NCBI GenBank assembly: GCA_002256025.1
Contig: NKIB01009402.1
Coordinates: 62,001 to 100,042 of the forward strand
Reading direction: 5' to 3'
Length of the DNA: 38,042 bases
From: Asterionella formosa
Lineage: Eukaryota
Positions 1 through 12,066 of the stretch are shown here, piece by piece. Position numbers and translations under genes: made by a program. The notes below the pieces were generated by a model. It was not told where the DNA came from. It did no database searches and worked only from the letters and a program-made list of their open reading frames with translations. The number at the start of each line of letters is the position of its first letter. Positions within the stretch are counted from its first letter, which is position 1.

Positions 1-211
1 TTCCATTAGACGGCCAGGCAGAGGATCCTATCCAATTGCTTCCCGGACAATTTGAATATTTGATTCATTAGTAAATGTACATTCCCCAACATGACAGTGA
101 ATTCCTAGTCATCAACATATAATTCTCCCTATCCTAAATAGAAATCATCAATTGCTTATTACAGTCCTATATATCGAGTCATGTTAGAAATATACTCCAC
201 GCCTAGAAATC

Positions 212-2077
212 TCAATCGTCACCACCTTGCTTGTCCTCATCCTCCTTGTCATTGTCCTTGGGTTCTCCTTGTTGCGCATCTTCATCTGGCGACCTTTCCT
301 CGCCGCCCTTCTCCTTCTTGTCCTTGGCATTCTCTACTTCCTTCACTTCTTCAGCCAACGCCACATCGTCCTTTTCCAACATTTTCTTCAATTTGTCCCC
401 CATGGCAGCATGCCAAAGAGAAAACCCAAGCTGGGTAGGGTGTCCACGAATGCTAATACGATCCGTCAAAAGGACATATTTGCTCCCCTCGACACGTTCG
501 GCAAAGATGGCCGTGGCATCAAAAAAGGTAACCTTATCATGCTTGTCGGCAAATTTGCGTAGCTCGTCATTAATGGCATGAATCGATGTCCACAATGGGA
601 GCTTGGTGGGTTTAACAAATATCTTGGTAGGATCACGTGCCTTGATCTTTTTCTTGGCAAAGTCAATTCTTGGATTGACCGGATCATGGGCAATTGTCTT
701 GAGGTATTTCTTTTCCTTCTTTCGTTCGCCCTTTGTTTTGGGCTGCTGTTTTTTGGAAATGTCGCCTTCCTCTGCCTCTTCTTCCTTCTCCTTCTTTCTC
801 TGTGCTCTCTTTTCTTCCTTGGAGAGTAAGTGACGTCTATCACCAGGAGGTCCCTTTTTGGGCATTTTTTCCTTTCCAGGAAATCCCGCACCTCCCTTTT
901 TCTTTGCACGGTACTCCATGGCAATCGTGGTGGATTCTGGGCGCTGATACCGCAATTCTGGTGGTACGCCCTTGAGTGCCGGGTCTTGAGCAATCGCACC
1001 AGGATTGACCACCATGGGCCGTCCCTTGACAGGTCGAAAGGCATCCCGAAAGTCCATCATTTCCGGGAAAATCCCTCCACGCAAGTCGGCCATTGGCAAC
1101 ATTGAATTAATGACAATGTGTGCATCTGGCTTCCGGGACATGATTTCTTCAACGACTCGAAGTGTTCCAAGAACGACCACTTCTTCTGAGCATTGCATCC
1201 GTCCAAGATCATTCATCCCAAGGGACAGCCACCAAACGCGTGGATTCAATTCTGGAGGCATTTCGCCATGAAGGATTCTCCAAAGGACATTTGGCGACTA
1301 TTGTATTTTGCAGTCGTAGCATTAGTGATAGTAGCAGTGAGGGTTTGGTGAGTTTGACAACAGGAATCAAAGAGAGAGTCACTACTGTTGAACATCCGAA
1401 CTTACCGTGTCTCCAGCAATACCAAGTGCCACCCCTTCAATTCCCGAATTCTGCGTCTTAAAATGTTGATTGAACGACTTGGCCACTGGCTTGAGGTCTT
1501 CTGTTTGTGGACGTCCCAACCATCGTCCGTCCATTTCTTCAATGAGCGATTCTCCCAAAAAGGCCACATCCAAATGGTCCGAATCGAGGTAGGGCTCGAC
1601 ACATTTCTTGTTCTCATGGTGTGCTGCGACCCACCCCTTGAACTCTCCTCTCGAGGTGGGTTCCAATGGGTCTTCACATCGACATGAGTTGTTGTCTCCC
1701 TTGAGGCACCAATGATCTATTTTGCCAGTCGTGAGGTCGTATTCGCTTTGAATGTTGGAGTAGTCCGTCCCAATGACTCCAAAGGTTTCCGTTGGATTCA
1801 CAATGACATTGGCCAACACGATCATGGTCAGAGCCACTGCGGCCAATGAAAGGCAGGTGCAGCACCTGGGGTGAGCGTAGCACATGTATGACAGCCATGC
1901 AGATGCGTAGGATGTCAGGAGAGTATGAGGTGCTCGTGACGACGACGAAGGAACATCGAGTTGCCCCTTGGTCAAGTGATCCAAATTCAGCGGGGTTTGT
2001 TCCAAATGATCCTGTCGCTGCTTGCCAACGCCTTCCTTGTGTGACAACAGGTCTTCAAGATCGCTGTCGTCGGACAT
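212..2077 (-). CDS. SGNH/GDSL-type hydrolase (PAF-acetylhydrolase IB-like) with N-terminal TM anchor; 2 exons (2077-1406, 1297-212), ~585 aa
   Basis: Intron 1298-1405 (GTAAGT...TAG, phase 0) joins GIAGDT|SPNVLWRILHGEMP. SGNH blocks: FLGESL (I), GIAGDT (II), LGMNDL (III), RGHP (V). Hydrophobic segment LSLAAVALTMIVLANVIV. Confidence 0.85.
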
Positions 2078-2507
2078 GATGTACGTCGTATGTGTGCACG
2101 TGAGAGAGGTGCTAAAGGTTACAGGATGGCTGAATGGAACAATGAAAGAAATGGAATGGAAAATGAATAATAAGAATTAGTTTGACTAAAATAATGTTTA
2201 TTGCATTCCGGTAGTTAGGCTATTGGCTATATCACGTTGGTAATATGATACAAGGAATGGAAGACCCATTTGATGTATACTAAATAAATTTTTAACAATA
2301 CGTGTTGGTTTTATGTAGTACTCCTACCTGGTGGTTAGTTATGATTATTATCATTAGTGTAGTAGTAGTTTATTTAATAGATTTGCTTTATTTTTTTATA
2401 GTACATGCTAGAAGTCTATTGTTGTACGATTTTAGAAGGAGAATCATTGCAATCATTGTCTTGTTTCACAAGGAGTCATGAGGAACATGCCATGTGGTTA
2501 TGTAACT

Positions 2508-2543
2508 CCTGGTACCGGTAACTGGTACCAGTACCAGGTACAG
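2508..2543. repeat. GGTACC/CCAGGTA motif cluster
   Basis: cctggtaccggtaactggtaccagtaccaggtacag; one of many such clusters in the window. Confidence 0.7.
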
Positions 2544-4691
2544 CTTACTGGCGGATTGATCGAGAAGCACCAGCCAGCACGACTTTAATACTGGGACTTC
2601 GCAGCACTAGGCGACGAGTTCGCGTTGCAAAATTCCGCCTCTGCCTGTGAGAGTCGCGATCATACTTTTTGCTGGGCATGCTCACTCCAGGAAATATCTG
2701 TTTCATGCAGTTGCCTACGGTATGTACGTATTGGAAAATAAAACACGATACTACATTTACGGTGTAATAAAAATACGCATGAGTGGAGTCGGCTTCAAGC
2801 GTTGGGGATATTTTTACACAATTTCAGTACTGTATGTGATCCACCAGGAGGGGAGTTTACATACCGGTACTGGTACAAAAGTACAGGTTAGGCAGTTCGC
2901 CATCATTTTTTTGTATACAGAGTAAGTCGATGCACACAACTGAATATACATGTAAAAAATATTAGGACTGTGGGTGTTTCATATTTTTGTGTAGTTTCTC
3001 AATTCTCCGTCCGCCCCCCCCCCCTGCATTGACCACCAAGGGGAAAATACGATACCAGGGTACCTTTGGTAATCACCAGATGGCACCTTTTAGTTGTTTC
3101 TTCTGCTCTACATAACTTATACATACCTGGTACAACACCCACACGCGCTACAAGCTAAGCAGGATGGAAACAGTCAACACTACCCAGGGAGCTCGAAGAA
3201 AGGCGACACAAGGTTAACAGTGTGGTATGCATAGTAGCTACTGGGATGGTGCAGACTCTGCAGATGGTGGGAACACATCCATCTCACAGAATTGTGGTAT
3301 TATACCACAAGGTATATACCGGTATGCACAACAATTCTTCGTTTTTCTGAAGAGCGGTTTGGATTGGCGTTGTTGATTGTTGATCCTTATCCAGAGCCAT
3401 TGTTGGAACGGCTGGTTGTTGATGGTTAGCAATGGAGCAGGGAAGAAATTTTTAACTTGCCCAGATTGTCAAATCCTTTTGGAGCATAACATCGTCTTTG
3501 ATGCCACCATTCCTGCTGCTGCTACAGTCAGTGCCAATTCCACCACTGCATGAGGCATGATGACCCCTTCTCTCAGGCCAGCATTCCTTGCAAACATCAC
3601 ATGGGGGTTGGTCAATGATCTAGGTAAGAAACCACAAATGATGTTGGATGATGAAGGGGGTAGAAAGATTTGTTGGGTTGGCACAGTAGTACTAGCGCCT
3701 GCAGGTGGCTGGTGTGGGATCACATGATCAAAGGCACAGATGTTGGAAGACGAAGGGGGGCAGAAGGATATCAATGGAGAAAAGAAGAGAGAGCAAGAGG
3801 AAAAAAGACAAAAAGGGGCTTAGAGGGTTAAGATTCAAGGATCGAATGGATTTCAACAATCCATTCAGTTCTTGAGTTGATGCAGGAGGGTACGGTGGGG
3901 CATTTAAACTGGACACCTGGTCTGAGGCAACAAGTGATGACTTACCCTTGTTCAACAATTGGTTTGGAAAAACATGTGCTCGAAATTTATTTTCTGAGGA
4001 AAGTGGTTGGGAATTTCGCCTCTTTTCTTACTGTTTCCGCATGCCTTGCATGTGTGTGCGATACAAGAAGCTGATGACATGTGTTGTTGTTCAACCTATG
4101 TTGGTTCCATGTTAACAGTCATAGTTTAATAGTTCAAGGAAAGGAAGATAGTGACCTTATCGTGAAGGAATGAAATTGGTTGATCACTTGACTAATTATA
4201 GATATTAAAAGAATAAGTGAACCCCGGATGTGAAAACATGTGACAACCCTGCTGGTACCACCATGAATGTACGAGCAATGTCGTATGCAGAAGAATTGCT
4301 GTCATGCAAATAATAATAAAAACAAGCAACTGGTACCAGGTATTCCCTCCATCCAATAGCAGCAGTTGCATTGAGTCGTCAGCACCACTACTGTCTTTAC
4401 TGTTTGCATATAAGGATTACGTGGCCAACATACCAATTTTCTAAATGAGGGTCGGCTTACTCGAAAAAATGAGTTTTTATTAGTTTCATAGACGTGTGAA
4501 CATAACCTGTGTTTTTGTAATTAAATATTTAGCCTCTAAATAAATTAATTAAAACCAATTTAACTTTTATTTAGCTAGTATACATTGGATACATGTATAT
4601 ATCAAGCAATGCTAATGCATTGCTAATGCATTGATTTTGCTAGTAGTATCTTTTATTCATCATCATCATCGTGATCATCATTTTTGTCAAA

Positions 4692-4964
4692 ATGGATGTT
4701 GTCATCACCGATGCATCTGTTACTGATGGTCAAAAGTGCAGAGTTGTGTATCTTGCAAGGAGAATTGCACATGACTTTTTCGAGGCTGCAAATTATATCG
4801 ATTGTACTGCTTTAGCTATTGAGCTGCTAAAAGACTCTAAGGAGGAAACAAAAAGACGAACGAACATGCAAGGCAATGGAGTTCCTCTTTATACACTTCT
4901 CGATGTTAGGATCAAAATTGAAGATCCTGTTAAGGAGGAAATTTATAATTCTACTGCTGTGTAG
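4692..4964 (+). CDS. Hypothetical 90-aa ORF inside the mariner element, convergent with the transposase
   Basis: ATG-initiated, stop-free ORF with protein-like composition (MDVVITDASVTDGQKCRVVYLARRIAHDFFEAANY...). No recognised family. Confidence 0.3.
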   Translation: MDVVITDASVTDGQKCRVVYLARRIAHDFFEAANYIDCTALAIELLKDSKEETKRRTNMQGNGVPLYTLLDVRIKIEDPVKEEIYNSTAV

Positions 4965-5148
4965 ATAAAATAAAATCCCCAATTTTAATTATCCAACTTG
5001 TCGAAACACTAAGTAGGACACATGTGCTATAGAACCATTAAAAACCAGTATTAGTAATATGTATATATATAAAGAGGGAATGTCTTTTGATTCAAGGCAG
5101 CTGTAATGGTGCCCGAGACGAAAACCCCCTTATCATCATACGGTACTA

Positions 5149-6520
5149 TTAAAACAGATCATCCAAGAGTGTGCGGGCTGCTTCTTCCCCAGCTGCTAAC
5201 TTATCAGGTAGAATCCCTGCCCGTTCCAAAGTCGCATTCCCAATGAGAGGTATCTTATAATTTTTGTCGCCATTAGTACTAAGCAAGATAATCTCTTCCA
5301 AGCAACCCTGTAATGTTAAGAAAGAAAAATTTAATTTCTTTGGTTCAAACAAAACAAATGCTGCCTGCACTGCCTCTATCAAACCGTCGACGTTGTTGTT
5401 GGCTTCTTCCACGGAGTCCCATTGACCTGACTGTAATGCCGTAAAAAGATAAATCGTTGATATTCAAATCAGGACTGTTAGCTGGTTGCTTAGTCAATCA
5501 AATATCCCATTCTCCATCTGTTGCAGCTCCTAGATACAAAGGGAGCAAAATCGCATCCAAAATGTCTTGAAGCATTGTCGTTCTGTAGATATACTCGCTT
5601 GTTTCCATCTGGCCAAGTCACTTTGATCATAGGTAAAACATTATTAAGAATCATGTCAATATATGATTGTTTGATCACTGGGAGTGATTTTGTTTCTTTT
5701 GTCCCTGCCAGTCGATAAATTGATCTTCTTTGTGCTGCTACTACTTCGTGCACAAAGGGCCAAATTCCAATTTTATCATCAAAAATACTCACCTTTTCGT
5801 CATCAAAACGCGGATGGGCCACAGCCGAAAGGAGCATTACCTTTTCGATATGCTCCTTATGTTTTATTCTCCTTGTGGGAGCCTCTTCTCCATGAGCCAG
5901 ATATATTTTCAACTTTTCTTCTGAAACAAAGAACCACTTCTCATCTATATGGACCTGGTAATAGAAGCTATCGTAAAATCCAAACAGTCCAGGATCAAAA
6001 TCAACTTCAGGGGAAGGATTTTATTGATCTAGATGATTAAATTGTTAATGGTTAACACAATACATAAAGCAGCTAATCGTAGCTACCCTCCTCTGTAAGC
6101 TTCGGCTTGACTGCTGCACTTGTGCCTGTGCGGTTGTATTACATTCTCTTGATTATCTTTTGCAATAAAAACGTTGACTTGGCAAGGGCAAGAGCAGCTG
6201 CTAATATACAATACATGATATGCTTGTGATATCATGGAATGTCTCTCTAATTGCTGCAATTATTTCTTCACGCTTGAATTTGCAAGTATACCCAGTCAAG
6301 AATTTGCAAGAAAGCAATTATGCAAGCACATGAGTATCACACCATTATAATAGGATTTGAGTACTACACAGTTCCATGTATGTTGTATGGTTGTTTAATC
6401 TACTTTGAACCATCCCACCAAATCGTCCCCTCCATCAGGTCCTTTTTGGAGGTCCTGTAAACCATAATCCAGCAACACAGGTTGATGCTCTGCTTCTGGT
6501 GTTAGATCCTTTCTCATACT
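5149..6520 (-). pseudogene. Frameshifted DD39D-like mariner transposase
   Basis: Motifs across frames: VHIDEKWFF (~5925-5955), KVMLLSAVAHPRFD, KIGIWPF, YLQNDNA, QPANSPDLNINDLSF, GDKNYKIP. The 2nd and 3rd Asp codons are 121 nt apart (~40 codons, with an indel). The 5' boundary is approximate. Confidence 0.85.
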
Positions 6521-7015
6521 ATGCTTGTTGAGAAGAGGTAAAAACCCGAAAAACTTTGTTTTCAAATGTACTAGTAGCAGGAGTAGTTGCCAATTTTATT
6601 TTATTTTTTCTCCATGAAAATATTATATTCATGGATTCGTAGCTAAGATAAGAGCAAGCCGTACAATAGAGCAATTGACCTGGAGAAAATCGTAAAAGTC
6701 AAAATGGTCCCCGGATAAATTTGAAGTATCGATGCAACTGTTATTGGACAGAGGGGGGAGTACTAGGTACCAGCTATCAGGGTACCGTACTCCACCATGA
6801 CACTTGTCACCACCCGCGCGCACACCAGCATGCTGAGGAGCATTGAAAATATCGCTCTTCTTCCTCTCATCAAAATAATTTGTAGTACAGTAATGCATCA
6901 TCTTTGCGGTTGCTTTTCAAAAATGATGAAGACTACCACTACCGTTGTGTTACTAAACTAAAACATTCCAAAAAGATACCGGTAGATACATAAATACAAA
7001 TACACAGGTTATAGC

Positions 7016-7453
7016 ATGGATGAGGTTGCCTTGGAAATCAGCAGCAGCATCAGTAGCAGCAGTGATACCACTCCCAATGACTCATCCGCCTTTGTATGGA
7101 CTGCAGTCACGGTACTACAAGCCATTCTTGTCTTTGTGTTGGCAGGGGTGGCTGAAATTTTGGGAGGATGGTTGGTATGGGTATCGATACGAAAAAAATC
7201 AAAGCCATGGTGGTATGCGATTCTTGGTAGTTGTTTATTGGTAACATATGGATTCATCCCATGTTTACAACCAACCGAATCCTTTGGACGAATATATGCC
7301 GTATATGGAGGATTCTTTATTGTACTATCGCTTCTATTTGGTTGGGCCTTGGATGGGGATCGACCGGATATTGGAGATGGGATTGGTGGGATTGTTGCCA
7401 TGATTGGTGTGTGTTTAATCATGTTTTGGCCAAGAGGAGGAGAAGGAAAGTGA
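7016..7453 (+). CDS. ynfA: YnfA/UPF0060 family small multidrug-resistance-like membrane protein, 145 aa, intronless
   Basis: Hallmark motifs AGVAEILGGWLVW, FGRIYAVYGGFFI, DGDRPDIGD and C-terminal WPR; four TM helices; short Ser-rich N-terminal extension. Confidence 0.92.
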   Translation: MDEVALEISSSISSSSDTTPNDSSAFVWTAVTVLQAILVFVLAGVAEILGGWLVWVSIRKKSKPWWYAILGSCLLVTYGFIPCLQPTESFGRIYAVYGGFFIVLSLLFGWALDGDRPDIGDGIGGIVAMIGVCLIMFWPRGGEGK

Positions 7454-8015
7454 AGAATGGCTACTACGTATGGTCGATAGATCCGAAGTATACACCTTGC
7501 TGAGAATGAGCCCTTAATAAATACCTACGAAAATAGCACCATATCCAATGCAGCCGTGCTCCTTTCTGTACTTTTTGGAATAGGAATTTTGCTGAATTAC
7601 ATCAATGTGGTAAACTTCTCATCAAACCCAACAGGAAAGCAAAAGGAGTTCGCTACCGGTAGCCGAATTGTCCAACAACCTCGTACAAACTGCCATTAAG
7701 AGGTCACAAAAAGAAATCACCAAGTGTTATCATAATGGACTTCGACTTGCTTCCCCCCAAATTACTCGGATATCGATAATAATACCATGAAATACAAACA
7801 CTTTTGTCAACACTTGAACATCACTAGGTATAACTTTGTCTTGCTGTGTTCGGATGGTATCTATATTTTAAATAATATCTAGGAGATGATAGTTGGTTGA
7901 GGCACAATTATATCATCAGGCAAACTACTGCTTAATTTGGTATGGCATGTCGCAGCATATTAAAGAATGAATGTGGGTGGGGTGTGTCGATGGATTTGAC
8001 ATTTGCGCGTTCCCT

Positions 8016-10325
8016 TTAGATCCAAATCATCTCAGATCCATCGCCTCCAATGATTTCCATTTGTACTTCAACGCCATCATTTGTCTCCTGACTCTTGTCT
8101 TCTCCATCGATAGGTGGCAAGGGCGTACTACAGATGGGAGATGACACTTCGGCCAATGTCATTTCCATGGCTTGTTGTGCAATCGTCTCCATCCCTCCGG
8201 ACGATGACGTGCTGCGATGCTGCAAAACATGCTCCTTACGGGACTTGAGCAACACCATGACATTTCGTTTATTGGGATGCCGAAGTCGCTTGCAAATGTC
8301 TGCTGGAAGACTTCCTTGGATATTCCTCGCCAAGGCTGCTTTTGGGTACACTTGCAACAATACTTCCACAACAGGTACCACAGCACCTGAAAATGCAGCA
8401 TGATGCAAAGGAATGTTCCCTAATTCATCAGGAGCTTGACATGCGAAGGGATATTCCTGGCATAAGGCACGCACTACCTGTGCTGATGCATGCCATGTGC
8501 AAGCAACGTGAAGAGGCAAGGATGCGCCCGGTTGGAGTTTTGTCTTACACGCTGCTGGCCAGGCTTGCACAAATGCTTCAACAACTTTTGCAGGTGGTCG
8601 TCGTTCGCATGCATAATGCAATAGTGTGAATCCTTCTGTTGCAACAAATCCACCTCGAGTAAGAACCCCAGTAGGTACAGGGTCTGCTGCTTCGTTGGGA
8701 TTCATTTCCAACCTTGCCTTGATTTCATCCCACTGTTGTCGTCGGATTAACGTTTGTAAATCAAAGTGCACCTGTTCTGGTGTTCCCCGTACGATGCGAC
8801 CAACGAATCCACCAGCTTCAAACTCTTCGTCCTCGTCTTCCCTGAAAAAAGTGACAAAAAACAAATTTAGTTGGTTCGATTGGAAAATGTTGAATGCATT
8901 TACATATTCACGTCTGAGAGTGATAACAAAATCAACTCACTCTAACAGCTGCGTATTTTCAGTTTGAAAAAACATCTTTCCATCACCATCATCCGTCGAA
9001 GTTTCATCATCTGGCAATGTGTCATCCATATCCACCACATGACTCCTCCTCCCGGTCCTATTCGATGGCGTCTGAAACAATTCTTCTGGTGACTGCGTCC
9101 AGTGGGATGGAAGCTTTCGCAATGCTCGTACCAATGCCGCTTGATGTGGTCGTCCATTTTCTCCAGCCATACAGAGGGCTTCTTCCAATGGAGTTCGTTC
9201 CCATCGATTCCGTCCCAAGGTTGAATCGGGATATGCCTTGAGTAAGGAAACAGCCACATGCAAATGTGACACTCCCCAATGTGCAGCCAAGTGCAGCGGC
9301 AAGAATCCATCCTTGTTCCGATGGCGAGCTGCAGCTGGATTGGCCGCTAGAATGGTGGCCACCACCCTGGGTGTGGCTCTACCAGCACAAGCAGTGTGTA
9401 GAGGCAAGCGACCCCCTTCTGAATCGACTCGAATGCCCTTGGGGAAGGCATCCAAAAGGGCATTAATAACTTGGACAGCATAGTCCTCTCGTTGTGCAGA
9501 TATCAACACGTTTGATTTCATAGAAACCGACACGTTTGGCTGTTGTTGAACCATTGGCAAAGTGGAGGAGACGTCAGTGGATGAATACCCATTTCTCGAT
9601 GCTCTGAATTGAGCCCCGGTGAACGATTCTTCCGCAAAAATGGCAGTCATGTTGGTCCCATGGGTGTCTTCCGACACGGAGCGTTCATGAGGCAACAGTG
9701 CCGTTGGTCGCATGACAACCCCCGATGCTAGACTCGTGCTAGCAGCGACAGCCGTCGGAAAGCCATTGCTCGGCATGAATCCATCACTCCCGGTCGACCG
9801 AGCCGAGTCAGTGGCATCACTTGCAGCCGTCGCTTCATCGTCCACTTCCGCCGCATCCTTGGGCCTTGGAGCACAACTTGCGAATGCAGCCAAGTGGATG
9901 GGCAAACAGCCATGTCTCGATTCTCTGGACCCTGCCGCTTCTGGGTACAACTGCACAAGTAGCAAAATGAATCGACAGACTTCCACAAATGGGTCTTCTG
10001 TGGAATCAGAATTGCAACTCTGAACGACAGTTCTGAGTTTAAAGCACGCATGATGTAGAGCCAAGCGTTTGGTGGCACTAGCTTGTTGTCCATCTGTTTT
10101 GGTTCGAATTGTGGCCCATGTCTTCACTTCACGTAAGTGGCGCTGGGCACGTTCTGAGGCCTTGTCCCAATCACCCATTTCCATGTACCAGAAGAGTGGG
10201 GGCAATGCCTTATGGCTGCCTGGGGGTGTCTTGGTGGAAGCACCAGCACCAGCACCAGCAGCGGAAGATCGCCTGCTCTCTCGGAGGCTCATGCCACCAT
10301 TGTTGGCGGTGGGAGAAGTAGCCAT
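8016..10325 (-). CDS. Ankyrin-like repeat protein with two modules; 2 exons (10325-8941, 8841-8016), ~736 aa
   Basis: Intron 8842-8940 (GTGAGT...CAG) keeps the frame (LLE/EDEDEE). Repeated LPLHxAC/LPIHLAA/LPLHLAA/IPLHHAA motifs followed by ..YP.A.. helices. Start taken at MATSPT (10325). Confidence 0.85.
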
Positions 10326-10983
10326 GTGCGTGTGTGTGCGGTGGTGGAGGAGGAGGGTGGAGGGTGGGAGGTGGGAGGTGAGAATGTGGTGGAATGGTGC
10401 CGTTGATACTATTCCCAGCCATGCGACAAATGCCATGGATGCGTGGCGATACGTATATATATCATGCCAAAATAAAAGAGGTGCGGGGTTTTACATGGAT
10501 TTATACTGCATGATGGCACCAGCACAGTTATGTATGTAAAGATTATATGAGCGATAGTACAGCAAGAAACAATATCTCCACTATAACTATAGAGTGTATC
10601 TAAATAGTTTCATAAATGATAAATATTCATACCGGAATAAATTGTATTTTATAATCATGTGTGTAGGATTCTCCTTTTTAGGAACAATGCTGATGTTACC
10701 ATCGGTATTTGTTAGTTTCTTTCTACATTGCTGCCACTATCGCTCATCCAGCAGACGATGTATGGTCCCGTTCATACCGTATGTGTCTGTAGATCCGGTG
10801 CAAGGGTAACCCTAAAAATAAATATTATGTAGGCCATCTCACTGCTGCTCGTTGTCCCCATCAAATGTACCAGGTAGGTATATTTATGCCATTTTATCGC
10901 TTCGCCTGCTCTTCTTCTATAATAAATCATTCTTGTCATTCATCAAACGCTGCACCTATTTTATCTATCTAACTACCTCTCCC

Positions 10984-11430
10984 ATGTCATCCACTTTGCC
11001 TCTTCATGATTCTGTCTTGCAATCTCGACGAACAGTCTATGTCGGTGGATTGGCAGAAAGAACAACAACCACTTCTACATTGGAGCCCACACTCCGTGCT
11101 GCCTTTATTCCATTTGGTCCGATTCAAAGTATCGACATTCCCATGGATTACGCCAAGGGAACGCACAAGGGATTTGCCTTTATTGAATATCAAGATGCGG
11201 AAGATGCCACGGAATGTATAGACAATATGGATGGGAGTGAATTATTTGGTGGTGTCCTTGTTGTCACACTGGCACAACAACGACAATTATTGAACTCGAC
11301 TGATGGTAACAATAAGGCAGTATGGAGTACAGATGAATGGTTTCAACAGCAACAACAACAAAAAGATGAGGTGGTGGACCAAAGGACTGATGCAACATTA
11401 AAAGAACAAGGTCCTATAATGGCAAAATAA
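10984..11430 (+). CDS. RRM protein homologous to the N-terminal half of cyclophilin E (CYP33/PPIE), lacking the PPIase domain, 148 aa
   Basis: RNP2 VYVGGL, LRAAFIPFGPI, IPMDY, RNP1 KGFAFIEY, IDNMDGSELFG, and the CYP33-type post-RRM motif KAVWSTDEW. Confidence 0.85.
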   Translation: MSSTLPLHDSVLQSRRTVYVGGLAERTTTTSTLEPTLRAAFIPFGPIQSIDIPMDYAKGTHKGFAFIEYQDAEDATECIDNMDGSELFGGVLVVTLAQQRQLLNSTDGNNKAVWSTDEWFQQQQQQKDEVVDQRTDATLKEQGPIMAK

Positions 11431-12066
11431 AATAGTTCAGTATAATGACATGCATTGTGGAGTACAATTTATGATGGACATGTTCCAAGCAGGAGAGGCA
11501 AATGTATGTTATAGATTCTATGCAATGGAATGGAAACCATAATGAATACATGACACACAAATTCCATTTCATCTCACTGGGGTACCAAATATGATGTTCA
11601 CATATGTTCTATTCGACTTTGTGTTCAGTTGATGACTTGGCATAGCAGCTCTTCCATGAGTATTTAATAGACCACATGTTTGTGGAAGAGGAAGGGGTTT
11701 AGGGAATGTAGGAGGTTCAAGTGAAGAGAGTCACTAGTTTTTGATGATATCATGTGACCACCTACCTTGTTGAGATTTTGATGATGGTTTTTGTTGCTCA
11801 TGTTCCTTCGATTTTGCGAAAAATAGAGTTCGTGACAAAAAACTTGGCGCCTTTTCAGAATGAAGGATGTGAATACGTATTGTTTGTTCGTACAAAATTG
11901 CCAAAAAAATTTATCCATCAAGTAGTGCCAATGGCGGTTTGGAAGAATAATTCAGCACTACCTTCAAAATAACAAACACGTTTCTTCTTCTCGTCGTCGT
12001 CGTCCATCATTGTTCCTCCCATCAATTTTGCAACAACGAGTCTATGCCATTACATTTCTAAACAGA

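Larger units (their letters stand above)
4343..6760 (-). mobile_element. Decayed Tc1/mariner element (DD39D/plant-mariner-like) with degenerate TIRs and TA flanks
   Basis: Left end TA|ttccctccatccaatagcagcagttgcattga. Right end reverse complement TA|ctcccccctctgtccaataacagttgcatcga. Both resemble the CTCCCTCC-type TIR of DD39D/Stowaway elements, and a transposase relic lies between them. Confidence 0.75.

Noticed and set aside
181..2079. Numerous overlapping antisense or alternate-frame ORFs over real genes (also 8095-10539, 19580-21442)
   Set aside because: They are shadows of the coding strand with no independent support.
3240..3960. Possible decayed coding sequence with a short internal duplication (atgttgga.ga.gaaggggg)
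   Set aside because: No recognisable motif in any frame, so it cannot be assigned.
11664..11972. Short ORFs between the RRM and CENP-P-like genes
   Set aside because: No motif and no convincing splice link to 12067; likely intergenic.
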